Source of the DNA: Octopus vulgaris
Taxonomy: Eukaryota
NCBI GenBank assembly: GCA_951406725.2
Contig: OX597818.1
Span: 95,852,001-95,916,000, forward strand
Direction of reading: 5' to 3'
DNA: 64,000 bases
How positions within the stretch are numbered: position 1 is the stretch's first letter; every line of letters starts with the position of its first letter. Under the pieces are notes generated by a model. It made no database searches, was not told the origin of the DNA, and worked only from the letters and a program-made list of their open reading frames with translations. Of this stretch, positions 12,867 to 25,620 are shown in pieces. Position numbers and translations under genes: made by a program.

Positions 12867-14102
12867 TGCACCCTTGCCTTCTTTGGAGGAGGTGAGTCAC
12901 GGTGCTTCCACTGCATTGACTGGGCTTTGGTCTCTGGATCATAGTGATGGACCCAGGTTTCATCCTGTGTAATCAGTCTTTTGAAAAATTTTGACTCATC
13001 TTCTTGGCACATCTCCAAATTCATCCTTGAGCACTCAACGCGTTCTTGCTTCTGGAAAGGTGTGAGCAACCTGGGAATCCATCTGGCAGACACCTTTCGC
13101 ATATGCAAATGGTCATGAATGATAGTTTCCACAGAGTTCCGACCATGTTTGAATTCACGATGCCAGCGTTTTACAAGGTCATATGATGGGGCATCATTAC
13201 CATAAGTTACTTTCATTTCATCAAAAGTCTCCCGTGGTGTGCGTCCTTTCAAATACAAAAACCGGATCACTGCTCGACACTCAACAGTCTCCATTTCACA
13301 CTTGACTCAGTTCAAACACCTGTAAATCAGAAACCACAATTAATTCAGAGCTTTAATTTGCCACTTAATCTATAGAGATATAAATAATTGCAAATGCAAA
13401 ATTTCAGCTGGATCAAACAACTGCAAGTGGGTCAGGGGCATTACTTATTGAACGCCCCTCGTACCCTTTCTTGTTGACTGCAATTTTTTCAGTTATATAT
13501 GTGTGTGTGTGTGTGTGTTGTGTCTTTGCACCTATTTGTTCTTCACCACCGCTTGGAAACTGATGTTGGCATGCTTATGGTACCTTAGCTTAGTGGTTCA
13601 TCAAAAGAGTCTGATTGTATCAGAATTAGAAAAATTAAAAAAAAGTACTAGTGTCAATTCGTTTGACTAAAATTCATCAAAGTGGTGTCCCTGCATGTCC
13701 GCAGTATAATGACTGAAGCAAGTATAAGATAAAAAATTGTTCCAGGAATATCTAATATAGTGCCAATTTATTTTAGTTACAATATGACCTTCAACTATTA
13801 TTTGATGATAACTGTTCTGACTTCATTGGAAATTCTGTTTCTCTGGTTGACTACAATAGCTGATGAACAATAGCACTGATAAATACTTAATGTAAGTTGA
13901 CAATAACGAAATTAAAATTAATGGCAAAAATAAAGTTGATGACGATCAAATTAAAGTTGGCAATGATATAATCAAGACAAATGACACCATAGCCAAGATA
14001 GCTGAGAACAAGAATGAGGCTGATGTTGATTTGATAAGTTGATAATGTCAGATTTGAGGGGGAAATCCTGTATGTGTGTATGTGTGTATGTATGTATGTG
14101 TG

Positions 14103-14174
<72 letters not shown>

Positions 14175-14178
14175 CACA

Positions 14179-14402
14179 TTGGGTTGTCCGGAAAGTTCAT
14201 GCCGATTTATAGTAGCTTACCTTTCGACTTATTTTAGAACATGGTTGAGTCCATGAAATAGGATTTGATTTACACCTCCATTTAGAGCACAGTTTAAGCT
14301 ATCTTTTCGTGGAAGAAGGTTTATGTTCCTATAACCTGTGTTAATTCTGTAACCCTTTAAAATGGAAGATAAGAAAGTTCATTTTCGGCACTTGATGCTT
14401 TT
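14179..14402 (+). mobile_element. 5' fragment of a second mariner family
   Basis: TTGGGTTGTCCGGAAAGTTCATGCCGATTT TIR-like end, then an ATG reading MEDKKVHFRHLML, a mariner-type N-terminus. Confidence 0.7.
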
Positions 14403-14429
14403 CTTTTTCCGTAATGCTTCACAATCAAC

Positions 14430-14937
14430 CAATACATTGAGGTCCTGGAAACAATTGCTAAGCCCTAGATAGACTGTGTATGAAATGGAAGGCCATATGT
14501 GTTTCAGTAAGACTCTGCACTATCACACATGACTCTAGTAACACAAGAATGGATGGCTGAAAATTTTCATGATCACATAACCCCTAACATTTGGCCTCCT
14601 AATTCCCCAGATCTCAATCCATTGGACTATTACATATGGATTGCTGTTGAGAGAGAGGTCAATGAACACACCCATAACACTAAAGATTCTTTGAAAGCTG
14701 CTATAGTCAGAGTAATGTCCAAAATGAACCAGGACCACTTGATTCGAGGATGTAGATGATTTAGATCTCATATACAAGCAGTTGATGAAGCTGAAGGTGG
14801 CTTTATTAAATAACATCACAGAATAGAAGGTTTATTTTTATCGTCATAGCATTTTTTGATAAATAAAGTTATTATCTGTTATTATGTATCTGTTTTTTAT
14901 AAACATAAATCTGTCCTCAAATATCTCATGCACCCTG
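14430..14937 (+). mobile_element. 3' fragment of a DD37D (maT) transposon
   Basis: YVFQ*DSA...WPPNSPDLNPLDYYIW with 37 residues between the Asp residues. Ends in ATCTCATGCACCCTG|TA. Confidence 0.85.
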
Positions 14938-15433
14938 TATATATCTGTTTCTATCTCACTCTGTCTCTGTAGTCTATATTCTCTGTTATGCTCACCTTCT
15001 TGTACCTTAAGAGCTTGCTCTGGCACTCTGTCACTACCTTCCTATTATCTCCTTCAGCCATGTAGCTCCTCTATTACAAGGCAATGATGCTTGTCCTTCT
15101 ATCATACTTTAACCTTCTAACACTCTCTCAAATACCTTCCACTTAGTAGTGGGGACTTTTTTGTCTTCATTTTCCATGTTCTTTTTTCTGTCTTGTAAGT
15201 TACACAGCAACCCTAAAGCTGCCCAAAAATAAAAAAGAAAGCATGCAGTACACCCTCTAAAGTGTTTGGTGTTAGGAAGGACATTCAGTCAAAAACCATG
15301 CCAAAACTGATATTGGAACTTGACACATCCTTGTGACTCACTAGATCCTTTCAAACTGTCCAACCCAAACTAGCATGGAAAGTGGGCATTAAATGATAAT
15401 GGTAATGATGATGATCTCTCTCTCTCTCTCTCT

Positions 15434-15528
<95 letters not shown>

Positions 15529-15544
15529 TAATAATAATAATAAC

Positions 15545-15984
15545 AATAATCTTTGGATAGAATTTATAGATATTTTAATGATTGCTCTACATGTTTCCAC
15601 AAATTACACGTCTCTTAAGATCATAGTCCATATTCCAGGGATAATTAAGATGTAGTCTGTAGTATCCATGGGCATCAGGTAGATCATCTTCCTGGATTCA
15701 TTTCTTCAGGTGATATAGCATTAATGGATGTTTAACTGAGGGTTGTTTATCACTTTTGATCAAAAAGGTCAAAAAGTGATAAATAACCCTCAGTTAAACA
15801 TTCATCTATGTTACATCATCTGAAGAAATGAATCATGAAAATGATCTAACTGATGCCCATGGATACTACATACTACACTGTGATCATCCCAGGAATATGG
15901 TCTGTGATCTTTAGAGACATGTGATTTGTGGAAACTCGTGTAGCAATGTGTTAAAATATTTATAAATTCCATCCAAGGATTATT
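15545..15984. repeat. ~440-bp foldback palindrome
   Basis: Arms 15545-15761 and 15767-15984 are diverged reverse complements around a 5-nt AAAAA spacer. (AAT)n lies to the left and (ATT)n to the right. Confidence 0.92.
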
Positions 15985-16129
15985 ATTATTATATCTATCC
16001 TACATTATATCATTACAGCTTGGTGCAACCGCAAAATATTGGTTCACCAGATAGCATCATTAGACTGTAGCCAACATAATGGAATAGGAGCTTTATTTGT
16101 GTATTCAAAAATTTCCTGTAAACAAATTT

Positions 16130-16181
<52 letters not shown>

Positions 16182-16524
16182 ATGTGTGTGTGTGTGTGTG
16201 TGTGTGTGTCAGAATGTATCCTTTTGGGTTTCATAAAAACAACAGTACCATTGATGTCATTGGACTTGTTCAATTGCTAAAGTGTGAGAGCATTAGATGA
16301 GATGCCTTTTTGTATCTGTGAGTTCTGATTGCAAAGATTGGGATGACACTGCTCTCAAACTTACTGGCATTAGCTATTTATCAGGAAAGCATCAGCAGCC
16401 TGGGGAGAAGCAAGTTAAATGGATGGGTGCCTACAGGTCTTTCATGAAACTTAAACCAGACTTGTGCCTCGGAGAGTATCTTTCCTGGTGGAGATCTATA
16501 AGCTCAGAAGACATACAGGGGCTG

Positions 16525-17732
16525 TGAGGTTTATTTTTCAACACAGTTCCCTTTGTGGTCCACATATTTCTTCCATCAGTGTTGCTGTGCTTTAATTCCA
16601 TTGGTGAAGAGGCTTTCTTCCTGTTGGTAAAAAAGGTCATCAACAGCAGATATGACATCATCATCACTGTGATACTGGTTCTCAGCCAAGTGCTTTTTCA
16701 TGTTGGGGAACAAATGATAGTCAGATGGGGCCAAATCAGGAAAATATGGAGGGGTAATCAACCAGTTCAAAGCCACAGTCATACACAGCAGCCATTGAAA
16801 GCAAGAACTTGTGTGCTGGAGCATTGTCCTGATGAAACAAGTCCTTGTTTGTCAATTTTCCTGCTTGTTTGGTCTTGATAGCCTTTTGTAACTGCCTTAG
16901 CAAGTTGGCATAGTACTCTCTATTGGCAGTGTGGCCCTTTTGAAGATAGTCAATAAACCCAATGCTTTTTGCATCCTAAAAAACTGAGGCCATCACCTTT
17001 CCTGCAGATGAAATTACCTTGGCCTTTTTTGGAGCAGGTGAGGTGGGATGTTTCCACTGCATGGATTATCTCTTTGTCTCTGGCTGTAAGTGATAAAGCC
17101 AACACTTATCCAAGGAAACCCCCTGGAAATGCCTCAAACAATGTCAGATTTTCCATGATGTGATCAGCCTGGTGCACTTTTGATCTGTTGTCAGAAGTCA
17201 GGGCACCCACCAAACAGAAACCTTTGTCGTGCCAAGTTTATTATGCAGAATATTCTCAACTCACTCACAGGATATGCTAATAGCATATTTACAGTCAATC
17301 GCTTGTCATCTAGTACCATGTGGTGAACATGATCAATGTTTTCCTCTGTGGTGGCAGTTGCAGGATGTCCAGATGTTGGATCAACTTTAAGACTCTCCCT
17401 TTTCCTCCTAAATTCAGCTGCCCACTTTTGCACTGTTGATAAAGCTGGAGCATCATTCCTTAATGTAGCAACCATGTCTACATGAATGCTCTAAGGGGCT
17501 AAAGCCTTTTTCTGGAGGAACTTCATAACATGGCAATGCCAACTTTTGTCCATTTTCAAGAGAAGTTGGTACTAGTTACTTTTGAAGGTCATCTTTGAAC
17601 AGTGAATTGTCAGTTTACCTGGAAAGAAACAATGTAGTTATTAATGAGAAGGGGTGAAATTAATGCATGCAAGATTTTACAGCTCTAGCATGACTCCTTC
17701 ATAGTCAGCCTATGAACTTCTCAGCTCACTCA
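16525..17732 (-). mobile_element. Decayed mariner, one TIR lost
   Basis: ORF fragments QKWAAEFRRKRESL...SGHP and PPYFPDLAPSDYHLFPNMKKHL. A TIR-like end GTCAGCCTATGAACTTCTCAGCTCACTCA is at 17704-17732. Confidence 0.88.
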
Positions 17733-17804
17733 TGTGTGTGTGTGTGTGTATATTCATTCATTCATTCATTCATTCATATATATATATATATGTATATGTA
17801 TCTC

Positions 17805-18198
17805 TTTCTCTTTTACTTGTTTCAGTCATTTTGACTGCGGCCATGCTGGAGCACCGCCTTTAGTCAAGCAAATCGACCCCGGGACTTATTCTTTGTAAGC
17901 CCAGTACTTATACTATCGGTCTCTTTTGCCGAACCGCTAAGTGACGGGGACGTAAACACACCAGCATCAGTTGTCAAGCAATGCTAGGGGGGACAAACAC
18001 ACACACACACACATATATATATATACACATATACGACAGGCTTCTTTCAGTTTCCGTCTACCAAATTCACTCACAAGGCATTGGTCAGCCCGGGGCTATA
18101 GCAGAAGACACTTGCCCAAGATGCCACGTAGTGGGACTGAACCCGGAACCATGTGGTTGGTTAGCAAGCTACTTACCACACAGCCACTCCTGCGCCTA
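17805..18198 (-). mobile_element. Near-intact tRNA-derived SINE with internal (TG)n
   Basis: Minus strand reads AGGCGCAGGAGTGGCTGTGTGGTAAG (A-box-like), GGTTCAGTCCC (B-box-like), TTGGGCAAGTG, and ends GACTGAAACAAGTAAAAGAG. Many diverged copies occur in the window. Confidence 0.85.
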
Positions 18199-19894
18199 TG
18201 TATACGTACATATATTTATGCGCATATATTTATGCGCCTATGTATACGTACATATATTTATGTATACGCACTCATTCACACATGTGTATATTCAATTATA
18301 TATATATATATATACACACAATTATATATATATATATATATATATATACTGTATACATCTAGAGATGAATGATTCTATTGACAAGGCAGTAAAAGAAGAT
18401 ACAAGATACAACAAGTAAATAACATTGATTTCACCTAACCTAAAATGACAGCTTCTTGTATACATATTTCAAGTTAACATGTGAATACAAGCATCCATGT
18501 TTATGCATGTATGTGCATGTATTTGCAACAAAAGTTATACTGGAAGTGAAAGGTGTCTTGGTCCAAAGCACTATTGTTTATGGATGCATGACAGAGCTTT
18601 AGATGCTACAAGATATATGAGCACATATGCTTAACAACTGAATTATCACTAGAAAGTAGAAATGATATTAAGGGGTTCTTAAGTAAATTCATTAAAGAAA
18701 GTGTATCTGATAAAGCACTCATGGAGGAAAAATCTACATCAGCATTTTGAACATTTTTTTGTAAAAATATTTTCATGTTTTACTTGAAAGATATTCTTTA
18801 GCTTAAAATGTTTGTAATACCAGATAATAAGCATTTATTAGCATGGAATGAACGAACACCAACATGATAGAGCAAAAACATTCTTTACAACTCATTTCTA
18901 ATGAAATCAATCCAAAGTACTGAGGTTGATATGATTGACTTAAACGATCAAAAGTGGTCATGATCATAGTCTTGTAACTGAAACCAATTCAGAATTATTT
19001 ATTGAGAGTATATATGTTATATGTGTATGATAAAATTTATGTAATATGCCATAGAACAAGTGCATCCCTTCTAAGTAGTTATAGGATCACACAGTTATCT
19101 AATATATATGTTTTCTCTGGGTAAATTGCCAAGATAATGACTGAATTGGTAGGGACAGTTTTACCAATCTGGTAGAATCTGAGTTGCTGATTTAAGAAAA
19201 CATTGATTTCTAACATAGGCATAAAGCCACAGCCACAAATTAATGGGATTACAGTTGATAAAGACTAATACCAGTTGACTCAACTGATATTTGAAATCAG
19301 AATACAGAGTATCATATTAGCACTGTACTGTCATGGATGGTTGAGTTTTGACTTCACTTGTGCCACATTCCTAGCAATGGTGTCTGTTCATATATCTCCA
19401 AGACTTTCTTTAACAGAAGGTAGATCTTGTTGGAGGGAAAAAAATTCCCGGTTTTTATCAATATACCAGATTATGAAGGACATACTTAAATGACACTGTA
19501 GAATTGTTGAAAGCAATTGAAATGAATATTTTATAGATCTTCTCATTGATGCACCTGCTTACTATCTTTACTAAACTGCAATCAAGTTCACTGCAGTAGT
19601 TATTGCAGTAATCACCATTGTTGTAAATATGCAAACTAGGGTTTCATGATGCAATAAATATCTGCAGTAACAAAGCTGCGGAAGAGTTATAAGCTTACTT
19701 CAATGGTTGTAAAATAGTTCTGAAAGATTTATGCTTACAAATAATTACACGCATACATACACATATCACACATATTGGGAAATACATATATATATTTTAA
19801 ATTTGTATGTATTTTTGTGCAAGCATATCTTTCTCTCCCCTTTTCTGCCTCTCTGTCTCTGTTTCATTCTCTCTCTCTCTCTCACTCTCTCTCT

Positions 19895-19931
<37 letters not shown>

Positions 19932-20029
19932 TAAAACGGTAAGATAACAAAAGAAAGAAAGAGACCTCAATATTATGTAAATAGAGGAAATTCATCTATA
20001 CAATAATATGTTACATTACTCGATAGTCA

Positions 20030-20089
20030 AGATAAAACTCTGAGTTTCAGATGCCGAAGTGGGAATCCACGACATCTCTTCGGTTATCT
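20030..20089 (-). ncRNA. Type I hammerhead ribozyme-like fold (CCGAAGA core variant)
   Basis: AGAUAA-CCGAAGA-[GAUGUC GUGG AUUC CCAC UUC GGCAUC]U-GAAA-CUC A GAG-UU-UUAUCU. Stems I, II and III all pair. Hammerheads are established in PLE terminal repeats. Confidence 0.75.
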
Positions 20090-20167
20090 GGCTATTTGAA
20101 AACGCTATGAAAAAATACCGTTATACAAAGGGAAATTACTGTGTTATAACTCTGCTTGCCTGCGTAC

Positions 20168-22008
20168 TTATACATCGCTCGTATTTTTCGCCATAAAAAT
20201 TATATAAAAATACATAAAAAATATATAAAAAATATATAAAAATATACCTAAAATATATGATAGAAGGTGCGATGAGGTAAAAAAAAACCTTCTTGGGACA
20301 TAACATAGAAAGCATGTTCTATCTGTTTTCTTTAGGGGACCAAAACGTAACAGAAATTTAGTCACATGTTGGCATGATCCGAAAAGTTCTGTCCTTGTGT
20401 TTAGACATGTAGTAGGGTCTAAGCTGCTTTTCCAGATAAGCCATCTCTCCATGTCGCATAGACCGCACCTTCCGCTGCCGTTGGTATAGGGCTTACATCT
20501 GGCCAAAATCTTCCAATGTATGTTATAATCGACACCTTTATCTCTTAAAGACCAAATATGATTAGATAATTGTGTCGCTTTTCTTTTGTTCCAGTGCCTA
20601 AAGCTCAAAGTGTGGTTATTGAACCTGGCCTTGAAGTTACCCTCTGTAAGGCCCGTGTATTTCTTCGTCGAAACGGTGTCTTTAGTGGTTATAGAGTCTA
20701 CGGTAGCTTCATATATGATGGTCTTGGACATGCAAGCTCCATTTAGCGGGCACAGTTCTTTATTCCTGCATGAACAGCTGTTTTCTTGTTGTGTTTTTTG
20801 TATGTTATGTTTGATTATGTTTTTAAAATTGGTAGTGGAACTAAAACTAATTTTTAAATTGTGTCTATTGAAGAGTTTCCTATAAGTATGGTTAACTGGA
20901 AAATGTCTATCTATCAGTGCTAGGAAACATTTACCTATATTGAAGGCCACCACGGGTGAGTAAGGGGGCGTAAACCAGATGACCTTCCTATTTCTATTAT
21001 TCCTTTTCCTTACTGTTGGGCTAGTAATGGGTGTATATTTTATTTTTTCCTTAAAACCACTATCTTTTAAAGCCTTATTATAAACTGGAGCAACGCTATT
21101 GAAGATGTCCTTATCAGAGGAGAGGCTAGAAATCCTCTTACTAATATTTTTAACTAAATTTTTGAATACTATAGGGGGATGGCATGAACCTACATTAATA
21201 TAACTTAGTCTATCATTGGGCTTCCTATAAGGCTTATACATATTCTTATTAAGATCTAAGGAAATGTCTAAGAAATTGACAACCATCAGGTTAGTATCTA
21301 TAGTTATACTAAGTCCGAAGTATTTCATTAACTGGATAATATCCTTCCTAAAACGATCTTGTGCTGGTCCATTTGTATTAGCTGTTAAGGCGAGGGCATC
21401 ATCTTTGTAGATGGCGAAATGTACGTCAGGGAATGTCTTACCTAAGGTATCTAGGAGAAAAAGTCCAATTAGATTGCAGATGTCTGCCCCATCATATGAA
21501 CCCATGCTCACATCGAAATCGCCCTCTGTGTCGGTGTTTTTTACCCACTTTGCGTTCTCACTGAAAAGTAAGGTCTTTCTAGCATGGAAGATTATGTCCT
21601 TATCATTTGTACTAATTTCTATGAAGTCGCTAGCGAAGACGAGGGCTTTATCTAGCAGTTCTTTAGAGATAGAAGCATAAAAATCAACAATATCGAATTG
21701 TGTGAACCTCGCTTTTTTCTTACTCTTAATGGCTTTAAACCAGTCTACGACTTCTATACTATTGGACCATTGTACTAGCCTAGTATCGGTCTTAATTTTC
21801 GCATTTATTTTATCTAAAATTTCTTTACTAATAATCCCAAGTTCTGACTTGGCTGGGTTGATAAGCCTACATTTAGGGTTGGAAAGGAAGTTATCTTTGT
21901 GATCTTTAATAGTAATAAAGGCCTCTTTTTGGGGGAGGGCTTCTATTTTTTTATCTAATTTAAGTTTAGCGGCAATGACGCTAGCTTCTTTATTAATTTC
22001 GTTATATG
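20168..22008 (-). CDS. PLE reverse transcriptase + Cys-rich linker + GIY-YIG endonuclease (5'-truncated, no start codon)
   Basis: Hand translation extends the track ORF without stops: AFITIKDHK...PKCRLINPAKSELG, FDIVDFYASI, MGSYDGA, YKDD, FLDI, WFTPPYS, CSCRNKELCPLNGAC, IIYEA...KYTG, RFNNH and CGLCDME. Confidence 0.9.
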
Positions 22009-22070
22009 TCTGTGTATATATATAAATATATACACATATGTGTATGTGTGTGTGTGGGAGAGAGGGTTTG

Positions 22071-22124
<54 letters not shown>

Positions 22125-23735
22125 TATCATTTTCATCATCATTTTACTAGCTATTTTGTTCTGCAAGTATGGTTTAATATGTCTACAATACTGCACCTCT
22201 TCATGAATTTTGATGCTGTATCATATCATATTTGTAAGACTCAATATTCTAACACATGTCCTAATGATTTCATCTTCTACACAACCTAATTTTTGTCTAA
22301 CATGGTTTATTCATATTACATGTACACATTTTACACATATAAATTTAGTCTCTATGTTTACTGTACCAGGTTTCCTACACATATAATGTCATGCACCTGA
22401 CATTTTGTGTCCCTGTCACTGCTTGACAACCGCTGTTGGTGTGTTTATGTCCCTGTAAATTAGCAGTTCAGCAAAAGAGACTAATAAAATAAGTAATAGG
22501 CTTTAAAAAAAATAAGTTGATTTGTTTGACTAAAACCCTTCAAAGTGGTGCTCCAGCAATGCTGCAGTCAAATGACTGAAACAAGTAAAAGAATAAAAGA
22601 ATAAAAGAAGTGTCTGATACACTTGCTGTCTGTATTTCCTTATTGTACAGAATATCATATTGTAAGTACAAGAAAAGAAATCCTTTGTTGCCAACAAAAG
22701 ATAATCATCTAACTGTCTTTCATACACTAGGTAATACATAGTCATTCAAATGATTTACATCCTATTCCAGAATTTCTATACTAGCATATCTATCGTCAGT
22801 TATGTTGTTCCCTTCAAAGATGATGAGTCCTTCCATCAGGCATCACATGGACACTAATGTTCTTTCTGCTGTGTAACAACCATAGCATAATTGGTGTTGT
22901 CAGTTTTGCTTTTGTGTTAGTTCTGCATGTTGTTTCAACCGATTCAATTGTCTTTACTGTATTAGCTCTGATTGTTGTTTCAACTCTGGCAATTACTGTT
23001 GACTCTGTTGTTGATTTACTTGAGCTAGTCCTGTATCAACAGCTCTATGGCAATGAGGAAAGCTGATCTTACAAAGCATTTTCTCATCATTTCTATGTAT
23101 AGCCAACCCATGGGGCATGTTGTTCTAAGAACATGAGAATGATATTTCAAAGACAGTAGTACATTTAGGGAGGAAACTTTCAGTGTTTTATTGGATAAGT
23201 CCAATAGAATATGTGGAAGATTTCTCTTTGACAATTGAAAATGTTGTTATTGTTGTTATTTAACCTCAGTTGGGAAGTTATTTTCTTGTGACTTTAGAAA
23301 TTTTAATGCTTAAAATACTATGGTAAGGAGCTTTTCCTAATCACCTTTTGTAACTCTTCTCTGTCTTCTTTTCCTTTTCTCCCCTCCCTCTCTGCTTCCT
23401 CCTCCTCCTCCTCCTCCTCCACCACCACAACCACCACCACCACCACCAGTCCTCCACCTCCACCGCCACCACCACCACCACCTCCACCACCACCACTGCT
23501 GTTGTTACCACCTCTACCACTTCAGGCGCCACAGCTGCAGTTGCCACTGCTTCCGCCACTACCAACACCACTGTAGCTGTCATCATTCTCTCTATTACCA
23601 CACTACCATCACCACATCCACCACAACCATAACAACCCTTACTATTGCTTTTGCTGCACATTTTCATTTTATAACACAGCAAATGCCTTCTTATTTTCCA
23701 CAAAAATCTTCATTCTCATACATTACAAGTACCTT

Positions 23736-23739
23736 ACTA

Positions 23740-23828
<89 letters not shown>

Positions 23829-23833
23829 GCTGT

Positions 23834-23883
<50 letters not shown>

Positions 23884-23895
23884 CTGCTGCAGCTG
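23736..23895. repeat. Compound trinucleotide repeat (CTA)n(CTG)n(TTG)n(CTG)n
   Basis: Directly visible. Confidence 0.95.
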
Positions 23896-24457
23896 CCATC
23901 TTGATCCCTACTAGCAACACCACTACAATCATCAATACACCAATACCTTATAACACCTGACTTCATTATAATATGACCTCTGTCTTTGACCAGTTACCCT
24001 TTTTGTGGTTTCTCAAATGGAAAGAAATAACAGCCAAAACTTTTAAACTGTCTTATATAAGGAAAGGACAGAATGGATAATGTAGTCCTGCTTACATAGC
24101 TCTAAAAAGACACCATGGAACGTTTTTGGTCATAAATCTGATAGGTCAAGGTTGATGAGGTGGGGAGGCTACAAAGCAACAACTATATGCAATATATGCA
24201 TATAGTTGGTTGGGAATGACAACAAACTATATGCATATGAAAACACCCATCAGATGTGAATAAAAATATATATGAATGTAAGAGTGGTGCATGCATGTGT
24301 GTGTATATGTATACATACATACACACACACACACATATATACACGAATGATAAGAAGACAAAGAAAACTCTTTAACACATCTTTAATGATTCATTACTAT
24401 TGTTCCTGTATCAACTGTATTTGCAATGCCAGTTTATGTGTGTCTCTGTGAGTGTCT

Positions 24458-24603
24458 ATTTATATATATGTATATATATATATAATAAATATGTATATAT
24501 ATATATGTATATATTTATATATATATGTATATATATATATATGTATATATATATATAATGTATATATATATATAATGTATATGTATATATATATATATAT
24601 ATA

Positions 24604-24686
<83 letters not shown>

Positions 24687-24841
24687 CATATATATATATA
24701 TATATGCATATATATATATATGTATATATACGTGCATATGTATGCATATATATATATATGTATGCATGTATATATGTATGTATGCATGTATGAATATGAA
24801 TATATATGTATACATATGTATATATATATATGCATATATGT

Positions 24842-24911
<70 letters not shown>

Positions 24912-24916
24912 ATATG

Positions 24917-24948
<32 letters not shown>

Positions 24949-24975
24949 TGTATGTATATATGAATACACACATAT
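24458..24975. repeat. Long degenerate (TA)n/(TATG)n microsatellite
   Basis: Directly visible. Similar tracts are at 5845-6200 and 45524-45885. Confidence 0.95.
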
Positions 24976-25258
24976 AGATCTACATGTGTGTGCGGGTGTT
25001 TTGTGAGTTTTATGTGTGCATATATTTATGAAATAATATATTGCCACTCAGCTTAAAGTTGTGTATATTATTTCCCTTCAACCATAATGACTTCTTAATA
25101 TTTTATCATCTTTTACATAACTCATGTCTTCTGACTTCCACATCACTCATTGTCTATATAAATCACCCACACATATAGCTGTATGTCAATAAAGGCAGAC
25201 TTTTAGTAATGTGTGTGCATATATAAATATAAATATATATATGATGATGATGATGATG

Positions 25259-25289
<31 letters not shown>

Positions 25290-25355
25290 TACATAGACAT
25301 ACATGCATACATCCCAACCCATTCCAGCATGGAAACCAGATGTGAAATTATGTAT

Positions 25356-25392
<37 letters not shown>

Positions 25393-25394
<2 letters not shown>

Positions 25395-25620
25395 CCGATC
25401 GTGACGATGCCGGACCCTCCGGCCCCTGTGCAGGTGGCACGTAAAAAGCACCCAATCCACTCACGGAGTGGTTGGCGTTAGGAAGGGCATCCAGCCGTAG
25501 AAACTCTGCCAGATTCAGACTGGAGCCTGGAGCGGCCCCTGGCTTCCCAGACCCAGTCGAACCGTCCAACCCGTGCTAGCGCGGAAAGCGGACATTAAAC
25601 GATGATGATGATGATGATGA
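25393..25620 (+). mobile_element. Young 5'-truncated RTE-type 3' tail ending in (GAT)n
   Basis: GGTTGGCGTTAGGAAGGGCATCCAGC...CCAACCCGTGCTAGC...AAACGATGATGATG matches the LINE tail at 51063-51260, with CpGs retained. Confidence 0.8.

Larger units (their letters stand above)
11496..13461 (-). mobile_element. Composite mariner (1966 bp): two overlapping partial copies around captured DNA
   Basis: TA flanks and perfect 37-bp TIRs. Mariner 3' part 11496-12549 carries an intact DD34D domain (ORF 11569-12381). Non-mariner insert at 12550-12866. Mariner 5' part at 12867-13461. Confidence 0.93.
19929..22008 (-). mobile_element. Young 5'-truncated Penelope-like retroelement (Naiad-type) inserted in (TA)n
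   Basis: An uninterrupted reading frame of ~610 codons, a 3' hammerhead fold, and (TA)n-type microsatellite on both sides. Confidence 0.92.

Noticed and set aside
15818-15950. CTGAAGA...GAAAC hammerhead in the foldback arms
   Set aside because: Stems I and II could not be paired consistently in both arms.
17805-18198. tRNA gene
   Set aside because: Only A/B-box-like motifs are present, with no cloverleaf. It continues into a SINE body and is multi-copy.
20168-22008. Selenoprotein/SECIS, as described for some Naiad elements
   Set aside because: No in-frame TGA occurs in the readable ORF, and all knuckle positions are Cys.
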